This document shows positions 37,531 to 50,195 of a stretch of 64,000 nt of DNA, piece by piece. Position 1 is the stretch's first letter; the number at the start of each line of letters is the position of its first letter. Source of the DNA: Lama glama (lineage: Eukaryota). A model generated the notes under the pieces. That model did not search any database and was not told the DNA's origin. It saw only the letters and a program-made list of their open reading frames with translations. The DNA lies in NCBI GenBank assembly GCA_028534125.1, contig CM052817.1, forward strand, positions 6,758,001-6,822,000. The letters are read 5' to 3'. The position numbers and the translations under genes are program-made.

Positions 37531-38479
37531 CATTGGAGATATTCAGGCTTACCTAGGCTGGATATTCTGTTGTAGGAGGTATAAACATTGGAAATCCCAT
37601 GATTCTATCCCCATGAATCATCCCATGATTCTAAGATCAGAATTGGGCTGATGGTTTTGCCATTCTTAAGATTGAGCTATGGGGATAGAAAAAGGATGAA
37701 TGAAAATGATGTGTTCACATAATGATATTTCAAGTTTGAAGCCCTTTGGGGTACTCAAATAGAAAAGTCTCACTGGCATTGGAATATGCAGTTTTCAAGT
37801 TCAAGACTGGAGACAAGGAATATGAAAAAGCAATGGAATCGCTCAGAGGGAGCTTATGAAAAGGAGGGCATGAACAGGGAGAGTGGAAGCATTCTATGGA
37901 TGGTAATCGAGGCATTCAATGCCTTTTCCATATCTTATTTAGTTCCAGCACACTTTTGAAATAAGTATCATGAACTAATTTACAGATGAGAAAAAATTAG
38001 CTCAGGAATCTTCTGGGACTTGTCCAGGGCCTTAAAGCTGGTGAGCAGTAGACCTGGCATTGACCCTCGCCCTCAAGGAAACAGCAACATCGATCCCCGT
38101 GTTTCCATTTATCAACCCTGACCATCAAAAAGTCTTTTCTCTTCTATTGATCTGAAAGCTGTATTTCTCTCACTTCTAGGAAGTTTCTTTTCTTTATTTT
38201 CCTGTCCCCAAACAGGAGGGGATTTGTCAAAATGAGAGATGTTATTCTTAACTTGGAGTGGAGAATTCCTGAAGGCACCAATGGACTGGTTATATAAGTG
38301 GAGGGGTAGCATCTCCACAATGCACCTGACGCCCCACTGCTCTCTGCAGAGCTGCGGCCCAGCTCTTCCTTGGACATCAGTCTTTCACATGGTTAGTTTC
38401 AGATGGACGCCATGTCCCTTCTGGCAGACAGCAGTTGCACCATCCCTCCCAATTATAGAAGAGAATGCCATGTAGTTCA

Positions 38480-38695
38480 AAATCATGGATTTTTACTGGA
38501 CAGACTTGTTCAAACTTAGATTCAACCTCTGGCATCTGTATATCCTTGGGAAAATTCACAAGCCTCACCAAAACTTATTTTCCTTGTCCTGAAAATGAAG
38601 TAATCTATAATGAAAGGGTTATTATAGTCACAATAATGTTTGCGAAGTTGCTGGCAATGATGTCCGGCTCAGAGCAAGTGCTCAGAAAATAGCTA
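38480..38695 (+). mobile_element. MIR SINE
   Basis: 'ccttgggaaaattcacaagcctc...ctgaaaatgaag...tccggctcagagcaagtgctcagaaaatag'. Confidence 0.65.
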
Positions 38696-39144
38696 TACAT
38701 TTTTAAAAGACAATTGTATAAATATAAAAATCAGCAATTTCAGAAGTGACATGATCCATTTTTAGTTTTTCTTCCTAGAACTGAGGCTACCAGTAGATTA
38801 ATGATAGAATGAAAAGTCCAAATGAGCTTTAGATATATGCTGCCCCACTTCTCCTAGTTCTCATACTTGCAGGTCCAGGCTGTGATGAGGCTTTGATGTG
38901 GGCCAATGAGGGAAAGGTTACAGGAAGTGAGAGTGCATAACATTTTCTGGAAACCACATTCTTAAAGGAGACAAAATCGGTGCTCTTTGAAATAGGTCAA
39001 GCATGAAATTTCAAGGTTAATTAGAGCTACATATAATATTATGAAAGTCAGGCTACTCCAAAACCAAAAGCTTCCTCTAAGCACAAATTTACTGAGCATC
39101 TATTATTTCAATTAGCTGTTTACAAAATGTTAAAACTGGAACAT

Positions 39145-39371
39145 GGGAAGGGATAGACTGGGATTTCAAAATTGTAGAATAGATAAATAAGATTATACTG
39201 TATAGCACAGGGAAATATACACAAGATCTTATGGTAGCTCACAGAGAAAAAGTGACAATGAATATATATATATGCTCATGTATAACTGAAAAATTGTGCT
39301 GTACACTGAAATTTGACACAACATTGTAAAATGATTATAAATCAATAAAAAATGTTAAAAAATGTTAAAAA
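39145..39371 (+). mobile_element. young camelid L1, 5'-truncated (3' UTR only), copy A
   Basis: Near-identical to 3' ends at 40294-40802 and 52612-53087; 13-bp TSD AAAACTGGAACAT (39132-39144 / 39372-39384); TT|AAAA endonuclease site; A-rich tail. Confidence 0.95.
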
Positions 39372-39404
39372 AAAACTGGAACATTCTATAGAGATCATCC
39401 AAAC

Positions 39405-39590
39405 ATCAACTAAACAACTATCACTCTGGGGGGGTAGTAATTCTTCCTTATCCAGGAGTGTTGCTTACATTATAAAATGGCTAACATCCCTAGCCTCACC
39501 TACTAAATGACACTATGACAATAAAATGCCTCCCGACTTTCCACACGCCCCCAGAGCTCAGTAACACACCCAGGTGACAATCCTGCCCTC
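39405..39590 (-). mobile_element. MER20-like hAT MITE
   Basis: 'taacatccctagcctcacctactaaatg...tgacaataaaatgcctcccgactttccacacgccccc'. Confidence 0.6.
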
Positions 39591-40218
39591 TCTGACCCTT
39601 ATTTTTCAGATGAGGTAAGAAGATTCAGAAAATGGAAATGTCTTATTCAAATTCAAACAGGTATTTCCTCTCGCTGTTGAATCTTGGACCAGGAAGCTTT
39701 TCAATTTCACTGCTATATCAAGTATTAGAGAGTATATTAAATTATTTAGTCCTTTGATCAAACTGACTTTCTCTTTGAAAATCAGGGGTTAGAGCTGGAA
39801 AGAAATTTGGAATCCATCAGATCCAACCTCCTCATTTAACCAATGAGAAAATGAAACATGGCGGGGGAAAAAGATAGCTTGATGGATTAAATTCAAGTTC
39901 TGGGAGAATGGTAACTCCAAACCGTTACTGACAAGCAGATACCACAGTGAAGCTGGTTTAGGATAAAATGTTAATTTTAGAAAACGACATTGAGGCTGGA
40001 GAAATGCAAGGTCCTGGGTAACCATATGTTTCTATTCTGGAGGATGGGGTTAGTAATAGCGGCATAAATGGGGATGTGGTCAGGAAGTGGGGTGGGTGGC
40101 ATTTTGTGTAGAAAGAAGTATGGTTGATACCAAGTAGATATCCAAAGGCAAAAGGAATGATTTTGAGGGCAGCATCTTTGGTATTCAAACATTGATTTAC
40201 TATTTAATGTTAGCACAA

Positions 40219-40254
40219 GTAATTACAGTAGTAATTACGGTAGTAATTACAGTA
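40219..40254. repeat. 12-bp tandem repeat x3
   Basis: gtaattacagta gtaattacggta gtaattacagta. Confidence 0.95.
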
Positions 40255-40293
40255 TGTCATTTTCTTGACACATATATCAGGCACATTTTCTTT

Positions 40294-40802
40294 TTTTTAA
40301 CATTTTTTATTGATTTATAATCATTTTACAATGTTGTGTCAAATTCCAGTGTTCAGCCCAATTTTTCAGTCATACATGGACATATACACACTCATTGTCA
40401 CATTTTTTTCTCTGTGAGTTACCATAACGTTTTGTGTAAATTTCCCTGTGCTGTACAGTATAACCTTGTTTACCTATTCTACAATTTCGAAATCCCAGTC
40501 TATCCTTTCCCACCCTCCGCCCCCCTGGCAACCACAAGTTTGTATTGTATGTCTATGAGTCTATTTCTGTCCTGTATTTATGCTTTGTTTTTGTTTGTTT
40601 GTTTGCTTGTTTTTTAGATTCCACATATAAGCGATCTAATGTGGTATTTTTCTTTCTCTTTCTGGCTTACTTCACTTAGAATGACATTCTCCAGGAGCAT
40701 GCATGTTGCTGCAAATGGCATTATGTTGTTGGTTTTTATGGCTGAGTAGTATTCCATTGTATAAGTATACCACATCTTCTTTATCCAGTCACCTGTTGAT
40801 GA
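40294..40802 (-). mobile_element. young camelid L1, 5'-truncated (ORF2 C-terminus + 3' UTR), copy B
   Basis: Minus-strand ORF ends ...WIKKMWYTYTMEYYSAIK...SEVSQKEKEKYHIRSLICGI (L1 ORF2p C-terminus); 11-bp TSD ACATTTTCTTT (40283-40293 / 40803-40813); flanked by MIR. Confidence 0.95.
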
Positions 40803-40829
40803 ACATTTTCTTTCTAGTTTGTGTGATCC

Positions 40830-40945
40830 TCTCTCTGCCCATATCACAGCTCCATTTTTCAGATGAGTAAACTGAGGCTCAGGGAAGTTCAGCAATTTTC
40901 CAAAGTCACACAGACAGCGTCAGCAGAACTAGGATTCAACAAATA
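40830..40945 (-). mobile_element. MIR SINE
   Basis: 'ccatttttcagatgagtaaactgaggctcagggaagttcagcaattttccaaagtcacacag'. Confidence 0.85.
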
Positions 40946-41744
40946 TGTTTAGAATTCTTTCTGCTTGTCACTCTCCATAACACCGTTGGGGATATGCAGA
41001 TAAATAAGAAAAGATCTTTGCTTTTGAGGACGTGAGCCCAGTGGGAAAGCTGCTGTGAAGCAGACATTCCTGTTAGAGACTGAGAAGTCTCCTTTCATCA
41101 AATGATGAAGGCTGCTGGTTCATGATGAGAGGAGATTTCAGGCAGGTTCTCCTCCGGGGCTCCTGCTTGAGATTAAGCTTGCAGAGTGGGTAGACCCTTG
41201 TCAAGGAAGGAAGAATTAGGGTAATGGGGACTTGGCACAGGGAAGAAGCGAGACCTCCTCAAGATAGGCAAAGACCCAGTGGCCAGAAACAAGGCTCCTT
41301 TGTGGAACTACAAATTTAATGCCCAAAAGGTGAGCCACTAGTTTCCAGTGGGGGCTTGGAGATACTTCCCCCTGCTCAGGTGACTCTGGAATAAACAGCC
41401 TTCTGGAGCAAAGGAGACACAAACAGCGTGGTCAAATAGAAGGGACCAGGGCTCTAGGGTCAGACGTCTTGATTGTGAATCACCCACGGGTTGTGTCTCC
41501 CTTTGTTCTTTAAATATCTGGGAACTGGGTACCACACAGAGGGCGGCAGAAGGAGAAAGGCATTCTTGTCTAAGAGATTGCCTGGCCCCCTCCTTTCTGG
41601 GCATTTTCTGCCCTTTACAAATTTTTCCTCCTCCTCTGCGCTCTCTCTCTCACTTCCACCCTCTTTCTGGCTGCCTTTTCCCCATTGTTGAGTCTCTCCG
41701 GGTGTCCGTGTTGGTCCATTCTGCTCTCCCATCAGGCTTTAAGC

Positions 41745-41880
41745 ACTGGATCTGCCACTTCCTGACTGTGTGACCCTGAGAAGTCACTTAACTTCTCTGG
41801 GCCTCAGTTTCCTCCCATGGACAAGGGGAAGTCTCCCTCGCAGAGTGTGGGGGTCACATCTGAGCCGTGAAAGCTTGCTG
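41745..41880 (+). mobile_element. MIR SINE
   Basis: 'ctgccacttcctgactgtgtgaccctgagaagtcacttaacttctctgggcctcagtttcctc'. Confidence 0.85.
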
Positions 41881-41989
41881 CAAACTGTAACAGAACATGC
41901 AAATACCTTTTGTAATCAATATCACAATCCTAAATTTATAGTTAAAGATAATGATACATCTTAGAGTTTCTACGTGGTGTGGCTTCCTG

Positions 41990-42620
41990 TGTGTAACTGT
42001 GAAAAAAATACAGTTATTTGCATTTAAATACAAGTTTAAAATCCCTCCCGTCCAAAAGCAGTAATAACTATCCCAAATGAATTATACATTTTCTAATTTT
42101 AAAAGGCCGTTTTATGGAAATGAGGTTATTTGTGCCGCATGGTATGTTCTTGTTGTATCAATGCAAATGCCAAAGGGTGAGATTTATCCGTACAACACAA
42201 CCAATGGCAGGAAAATCTAGGGGTCGGGTTTGGACCACATATTAAACACTCTATAAATGTATTACCTGCAAAGTCCCTCCTGAGAAAGGAGGAGAAATAA
42301 CCATTGTGGGCATTTCATCTTTTTTCTGCTGAGCTTGGTAACAACAATTTGCTCTGGTTAATCAGCGTGCAGTGCGTGGTAAATCTGGAAGAAATGTGAT
42401 CCCATTTTCAAAGATTCAATGAGAGCTGATTTGTATGTACGGTCTGCTATAACTTTGTGAATGTGACTCTTACGCTGTGTTTATAGTCACTGTTCCCCAG
42501 ATCTGAGTGTGTAAATCCAATTTACATGTTCAGTGACATCCATTTGAAGAGGACTCTTAAATAAAAGTTGCTGTGTTCATTTTTGGAGGCAGTGACAGCG
42601 ACTATCTCTTGCAGTCATGG
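41990..42620. promoter_or_regulatory. candidate developmental enhancer (POU/SOX/HOX motif cluster)
   Basis: Octamers ATTTGCAT 42016-42023 and ATGCAAAT 42161-42168; TTTTATGG 42110-42117; CCATTGT 42301-42307; AACAAT 42343-42348; repeat-free. Confidence 0.4.
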
Positions 42621-45600
42621 CAGATGGGAATGGCTGTCCTTACCCGGGGGGGGGGGGTCCTGTGACTTTCACGCTGGTAAGAAAGTGCCTACAAAGCCAG
42701 CGGTTGCTCGTTGGCCTCAGTCGCACACTCTGCATCTGTGAGTTGCGGGGAAGAGTCGGGGGGGCCAGCAGGGCTGTAGTAGAAAGGTTTCCTGAAAACG
42801 TTCTCATTATTCACTGATGAATAATGCCCTTTCAGATGTAGAATAATCCCCAGGGAAGAAAAAAAAAACCTACAGAAAAATACAAAATGCTAATGGTGCT
42901 TTTCCCATGAAGTGTAAATAAGTGCACTTTAAAAAAAAGAAATAAAAAGGGAGAAAAACAAAAACAACTTCCTCTGGGAACCAACTTATAATATGTCTTG
43001 TGTGACATTTGGAAGTTGCTTCAACTCCAGGGGTTTTGCATTTTTTAATAGTAAAATGAGGAGGTTGTACGAGTGGTATTCAAAGCAGAGCAGTGGACCC
43101 CTGTTCTTTGGGAACAAGATGTGGGACCCCAGTGAAGAGAACTAGTCTTTTACTAGTAAGATTTGCTTCATAAAATTGACAATGTTTGCTTATTTTAATG
43201 TCGGTCAATAGAAGCATAGAGGTCATTCTACTAAATTCAACAGCTAGAAATGTGCACCCCTTTGGACAAATTTTGATGGACAAACGAGACAGGGTAACAT
43301 GGCCCATGACTGAGGTCAAAATTTTATTTAGTTCTCAGTCCAAATATAAATCTTTGGACGTGCACACTCAAGTAACTTTAAAAAAACTGAAGAGTCACCC
43401 GGATTTGTGGAGCAGATAGCTACAGCGATGCTGTGGAGTGCTTCTGGAACTCGGAGATGGTCACAGTAGAGCAGAACTTCATCTGGAAGAGACACGTTGG
43501 ACCGTGCCCAGGTGTATTGACTGCCCAGGAGAGGGAGGTCCTTCCTGCACAGGCGTAAGAAGTGAGCAAAGAGGATGAGAGGCTATCACGGTGACCTGGA
43601 GAAGGCAGACCTTGTTTTTCTCCTTTCAGACATAGAAAAACCCATGTTCACAAGGCGGTAACCCTCCCCACTCAGCAAGTAAAACTTGGAGAACATCAAA
43701 CACTTGCACTTCCTCCCTCGATGCAAGCAGCTGGTGTGGGGGTGGTGAGTATAGGGACCATGTTGCCCTTCCTGATACCCCCGAATCAGTGGAGTCGTCA
43801 CGATTTTTCTTGATTTTTCACTTACTCTCCAAATCAAAGCAACTGAGAGTGAAAATGAACACTACTGTTAATATATCCAGGGCAAGGGCAGCCAGCAGAA
43901 CACTGTTTGTCTGTTTGTTTTTTAGCAAACCAGGATGCTGCCACTTTAACTGATGTTTTTCGTAATCTCACGGCTCTGTGCTCCCTCCAGTGACACCCTT
44001 CGATGGCACTCTTCATGGCCCCACATCCCCACCTACTGCAAGTTCTTCAAGGATCACGTTTCCCTGGTCACTCAGTAACTAATCGCTTACTAGGGGTTTA
44101 CTAGATGTTCAGCAAATCGTTACTGATTTGAGCAGAATTTTTTCTTCCCCCAAAATAACACTGTCTTCTGCCACTACTTAACTGTGTGCCTTGTACTTAC
44201 AAATGACAACTGCAGTGTGTGTGCAGAGAAACGCAGGCTCGTTTTCTAGTTCCTAAAGTTGATGATATGGCTACTGCCTTTCCTCCTCTTCCCACCCTCC
44301 CCCCTTTCTCTTCTTCTCTGACTTTATCTCTTCCCCTTCCTTATATCCCTATTTTCATTTTAAAATTTTGACAATTGAGTCAGGTGATGAATGATTGCAA
44401 TTGGGTAAATATGACAATGATCCGGAAATCCACAATATGCTTATCTACAATAATTGTAATTTGGAACAATGTGACCAAGTAATAATTTTTCAATGCTCAC
44501 ACACATTTCGTTCCATAGCCCTTTCCTTCTGGATCTTATGCATGACTTTGGTTACCAGTTTTATAATATTAAGGCACCCACTCGGGCATTATATTCCTGG
44601 GAGAGACCCATGCTAAGACTGCTGTCTGGGGACCGAGCACACATAAAACACATTGCATCAACCTTGCCTTACCTGGTGGTCTCTTTTCTGAAACTTTGTG
44701 ACCATTGTATTCTTTTGAGTTCTTAGTTGAAGAAAACAGAATTCACTCCAGTTTGTTTAAACAGCAAGATTGTCTTTAGAGGGACATGGATAGCTTACTG
44801 AATTATTCTGAGGACTGAAGAAACTGACTCTAGACTGGGCTTCCAAGAGCTAATTATAAAAATATCAACAATGTCTACTTCTCACGTTCTCTGTGATACT
44901 TGTTTTACCCTCCAACTCTTTACATACTGCAGCCCTTCGGCTGAGGATGCTGCCCTATTTGTCTGTATTTTCTTTTCTATCAGCCATCCTTCTTCTCTCC
45001 TTTACCCCAACCCCTGGGCCTAGTTCACCTCCCTGATTTTGTGTGATCTGGTCCTCCCGTCTCTCTTTCTCTCAGTCTCCCTCTATCTATGTCTCTGCCA
45101 CATCTCTATTTTTGTCTCTTTCTTTAGTATCCAACTCCATTTTATAGCGCCAGGTAGCTTTAAAAGAGGAGACCGAATCACCATAAAATGCCCCAGAGAA
45201 ACCTAATCATAGCTTTAGCCTCACATCTAACACCGGGACATCTGCCTAGCACGTTACTCCATCAGGCACGCACATTCTTGACCCTGGCTTCTTTGGCGAT
45301 GCCGACTCTCACCCATCGACCTGTCTTTCCCAAACTGCTACAGTAGCCAAATGAAAGGCAGCTACGTATCCAGGGCGTCCTGGTTTACATTTGCCACCAG
45401 TTAACTTCCTCAATTCACCTTTGCCAGCCCAGCAATTTCAGGCTAAAATCAGGCTCCTGGAATTCTCTGATTCATGATGAATTTTAATTCATATCAGGCC
45501 CCTCATTCTTTGGGCTTCTGATCTCAGGTCATTAGTTACTGTTTAAAACAGTATGCCCGACACTTGGCGCTGCTTCTCCAGCTCTGACCTTTGACTCCCT

Positions 45601-45829
45601 TCTTGATCACAATTTATTTTTCACCCTTGATAGTGCTTCTTTCGACCCTTACAGCTTACTACAGATTGCTAGCTTGGCTGCTCTGTCAGGCCAGTCTGTT
45701 CACTATGACTTAACTGACTTATTCCCGTAATCCATCTGGAAACCCAGATATCCTCCGGATAGATTCAACCCAGTGAACCCTTGTCTATACAAGAAGCATT
45801 AACAATGCCTCTTCCAAGCATGAGTAACT

Positions 45830-46120
45830 TACATGAGCTTTAAGACTTCACTCCAGTGGCATCTTCTCCACAGGCCAATCCTATTTAAAATTGCAAAACT
45901 CTCCCCCACCACTCCTGATTGCCTTTACACTGGTCTACATTTTCTTTTTCCCCTGGTACGTATTGCCTTCTAATATCGGATATGATTTTAAGTATTTATT
46001 ATGTCAATCTTGCTGGAATACAATGCCATGAGGTCACGGTTCACTCGTATTCCAAGAACGTAGAATAATGCCTCGCACATAACAGGCAGACAATATATAC
46101 TAGTTCTATGACTGAATGGC
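45830..46120 (+). mobile_element. L2 3' end
   Basis: 'tatttaaaattgcaa...ctggaatacaatgccatgagg...agaataatgcctcgcacataacaggcagacaata'. Confidence 0.7.
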
Positions 46121-48736
46121 ATATCTAGAGCTCTGGTTCATGTCTTTCTCTCTGAGCTAAATGGTGGCTTCTGTTTCTTCTTTGAAGTTTGTGAGTCTCC
46201 TCGTAGAAACTGATGCTCAAGCAGATGACTAAAAGGCAAATGATAAAAGTTTATGCCCAGCTTCTCTGCTATGCTGAGTAAAATAATGAATGCCTGCAAT
46301 TCTCAAAGCCTATTGGAAGGAGCTTAAATTAAATAGCAGAAGATTAATCAGACATGACTTGTGTAGACTTGCCTATAAATGAGCAAGAAAATTCTGCTCT
46401 GTACAAACTCTGTCTTTTCCACCCTGAGATTTGACCAGCCATGAAATAGTTTCGATTAAGAAATTTCAGGTTCACATTCATATAATTCTGTCTTACATGA
46501 TTACTTTTCTTCGCTCCCCTCTTTCAAGTTCACTCTTCATTTTATTTAGTTAGAATGATTTCTTTAAACAATTTCGGAGATGATAATCAAAGTAAAGGAC
46601 TCGAAATGTTCCCAAGAAGATTAGCAAGACTTTGTAAGAAACTAGGATCATGTGTACTTATCTGCTGACAGTCTCCTCTGTCCTATGGTGGCATAGTAGG
46701 AAGACTACCTTTTATTCGTTCATTGGTTGGACAAAGTAATTAAATTGTGTGGGACACAGGCTCCTGATCTACAAAATGGGGGCCAATAATAGCCCATAAA
46801 GTTATTGAGTGGGATGAATCAGGATGCATATGTGAGACTTCCGGTATACCGTCTGGTACATAAGGTATAGTTAAAAAACAAAACGCCAGTGAATACTGCT
46901 TCTGGATTTGAGTGTCAAATTCTTGTCGTTCAATTTAGCCCTCATTGTGTGCCTTGTGAATCTGATCTGTGTGTTTGCTCTACCCATGATGTCTCTCTCC
47001 GTGTTCTAGTAAATCATATTCACATTAATCATCTTAATCCCCACCCCGATACTCACCATTCTTCCTCTTGTATCTTTCTGTCAACTCAGTATCTTCCAGT
47101 TTATTTATTTATTTGTTTATTTTAATTTTTGTAGAGAGACCCTGGAGAGTTGTGTTCATGGAAAAAAAAAAAAAAGTCCTGCTGACACCCATCCCAGCTT
47201 AGCAGGATGAAGCGCTGTGATCCTCTGGTAATGCTTGTCACCAGCCCGGCATAGGTAGCGGTGGAACATGTGCAGGACTTCCGCCAACCTAGACGAAGAT
47301 GAGATCAATGTAAAGGCAACGGGGGAGAGACATCACGAAGAGAGCTCTTAATTGAGGAGAACTTAAGAACAATCATGAAAAGTCAAGAAAGCATATTGCA
47401 TTCAAAGTGATGGGAAGCCAATTCGCTTATGGTGAAGCTCTGGGCTGGGGAGAAATTGATTATACATTAGGAGGAGTGGGGAAGGGGCAGATTTATGGGG
47501 CCTGTGAATATTAGATAAAGAGGATGATATTAGCTGAAAATAGAAAGCTCCATTTTTAAATCACTCTGTGAACAGAATAAGAAGATGGAGAAGAGCTCAT
47601 CTTTTACTTAAGACAGTCTGTAAAAGCTAAGAGGGGAGGAACGGGCATTGACAAAATTAATGAGTTCTCTCCCCACCAGTCCCTCAGCTCTTTGACTCAG
47701 ACAAAGAACCTCCCAGGTCCCAGGGTACTGAGACCTGAGGAATAAGGAGAGTCTCTGACCTTGTCAAAATGCGTTTCTGTCTGTATCAGGGCACGGCTAT
47801 TTATCTTGTGAGATAATCTCTGTCCAGAATGTTTCTTTCTTTGTGAATGTTGATGACTACATCCTTTCACAGACAACTCCCCAAAGATGTCATTCTCTGA
47901 ACTGAGAAAGAGTTGTTTGCACACACGGGACTGTAAGTTCTGAGCCTGTCCAGGAGAATTTAAATAAATCCTCTTGACAGAATCTCAGAACCCTCTGTCC
48001 ATTAAAATGACAACCTATTTTCTTAAATCCACGGGCCTGTAAACAGAGACTAGTTCATTTTAATCCAATACAAGATTAGCTATCCTTCCCTGGTATAAAA
48101 GTTACTTAGATCTTAGAATGCAACAGTAATTGTTCTTTGTAGGTTCGGACACCAGCTCGTTTTCAGTTTTTACCAGCATACCACAGATATTTATTAAGAC
48201 ATTAGCATGCAAGCTTCACCACACATTGTTTTTATGTTTAAAATTTAAAAAAAGAGCCAGCTCCTGTGATGTTGGACCCTGTATTTCTATTTTACAGACT
48301 AAGACCAAACCTTGGAGTTGTTTAATTTTTCTCTCCAGAAATAAATATAAAATCAACGTTACTTAATTTTAATCTTATTTTATTACTGTATATAGTTTAG
48401 AATGAATATCTCTCCTTCCTGCTCTCAGAACGTTTTTGAAGATTGGCTTTTCTTCTTTCCTTAGCAGACACTGTACTTGACATCTGGAATATTCTTCCCA
48501 TCTGTGTCTTTCTAAGTCTGACTCATACCCCAAAAGGACCTGGATCGACAACTTACAGAAACTGCCTCAGTTTACACAGGAGAGCACTATCTCCTTCAAC
48601 TCAAGAGTCTTCAAGACTCCCTGGAAACCTGTCATTTCCTAATGTTCATATTGCAATAATTTGGATACGTACATAGTTAATTGTTACCCAAGTAGATTAT
48701 GAGCAACCTCCAAACAGGGACCGGGCAACACCTACT

Positions 48737-49239
48737 GTCATAGGTTGAATTGTAGTCTGTCTCCCAAATTCTTATATAGATGTCTTAACTCCATCCAGGT
48801 TTCACCATCCAGGGCAGCAGAATTCACCCTTATTTAGAGATAGGGTCATTGAAGATGTAATTAGCTAAGTTAAGTTGAGGTCACGCTGCAGTAGGGTGAG
48901 CCCCTCATTCAACAAATAGGTGTCCTTATAAAAAGGGGAAATTTGGAAACAAACATGCACACAAGAAGAATATTATCTGAACACAAAGAGGACATCACGA
49001 TGATGAGTTTACCAGCTAAGCAACACCAAAAATTGTCAGCAAACCACCCAAAACCAGGACAGGGGCTGGACCAGTTTCTCCCTCACAGGGCTCAAAAGGA
49101 ACCAACCCTACCAGCAGCCTGATCCTGGACTGCTACCTTCTGGAAGTGAAAGACAATACATTTCTTTCTTTTCTTTTTTTTTTTTTTAAGCCACTTGGTT
49201 TGTGGTACTTTGTGACTGCAGCTCTAGCAAACTGATTCA
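48737..49239 (+). mobile_element. MLT1C-like MaLR solo LTR, full length
   Basis: TG...CA termini; perfect 5-bp TSD CCTAC (48732-48736 / 49240-49244); 'tttgtggtactttgtgactgcagctctagcaaactga'. Confidence 0.92.
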
Positions 49240-49716
49240 CCTACCACCAAGATCTTGCCAATTATGATTTGGTATGATACTGAGATTCAGAAAAACTGAA
49301 TATTTTAACAACATTTGTGACACCACTCAGCTATGTGTCACCTTCTCTCTCTGAACCTTAACATTATCACCTTAATGTTGAATCAGTAACAATGCCGACT
49401 TTGTTTTCTTTGTTTCTTATGGGCATTGGGTGACATCACACACGTAAAGACATTTTCTAAGCTGCAAAATACCAGAAAAATGCTAGCTGGAACTATTCTT
49501 GTAGACAACCAATGTATCTCTGTTGATGGGCTGAATAACGGGAAATTAAATGTGCCTGGTGTGGAAATATCTTTAGACATCATCATTAATGATGACCCAA
49601 AAAAAAACACTGATCATGAGAACTTTCACCTCGTGAAGGCTGTTTTATACGAACGTGTGCAAGTTCTGTGTCTGAAAGGGCTTGGGGCCTTCCTCATCTA
49701 GATCGCATGCTCCAAA

Positions 49717-49882
49717 CACTGATACTCCAAGTACGGGTTTCTGATCAAGCACCATTTATGTCACTACGGCACTTGCTAGAAATGCAGAGTCCCAGGCCCC
49801 AACCCCAACTTGCTGAATCAGAGTCTGTATCTAACAAGGGCTCCAGGTGGTCTGTATGCACGTTACATTTTGAGAACTGCTC
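49717..49882 (+). mobile_element. MER5A hAT MITE
   Basis: 'cttgctagaaatgcagagtcccaggccccaacccca...ctgaatcagagtctg...taacaag...ttttgagaactgct'. Confidence 0.85.
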
Positions 49883-49974
49883 TAAAATGCATCTCCTACA
49901 AGACTCATAATCCTAGCACGTAAAGAAATGCAGCAGTTAGTAAACTTTTTTTCAACCATAGCATACATTATTGG

Positions 49975-50195
49975 AAAAAGCCCAAGCTTTAGCATTTAAT
50001 AGATCTGATTTTTAATCTCATATCCATCATGTAGTTACTTAACATGGCATGACCTCAAACAAGTTGATTAATTTTGTGATGCCTCAGTCTCCCAGCCTGC
50101 AAAAGGGGAATAATTGTGCTTAACTTGCGCGGTTGTAGATGATGACTAGAGATAATGTATGTAAACCATTAGGCCTGTGTCAGGTACTCAAAAAA
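49975..50195 (+). mobile_element. MIR SINE
   Basis: 'gcctcagtctcccagcctgcaaaaggggaataat...gagataatgtatgtaaa'. Confidence 0.8.

Noticed and set aside
37594-37632. Short tandem arrays (13-bp x3 here; also 2214 and 40219) as CRISPR-like
   Set aside because: No spacers, eukaryotic context; ordinary slippage repeats.
40614-40895. Protein-like ORFs here and at 52586-52768; paired ORFs 40336-40617 and 52752-53045
   Set aside because: L1 ORF2p C-terminal remnants and antisense L1 3' UTR translations, not host genes or a gene duplication.
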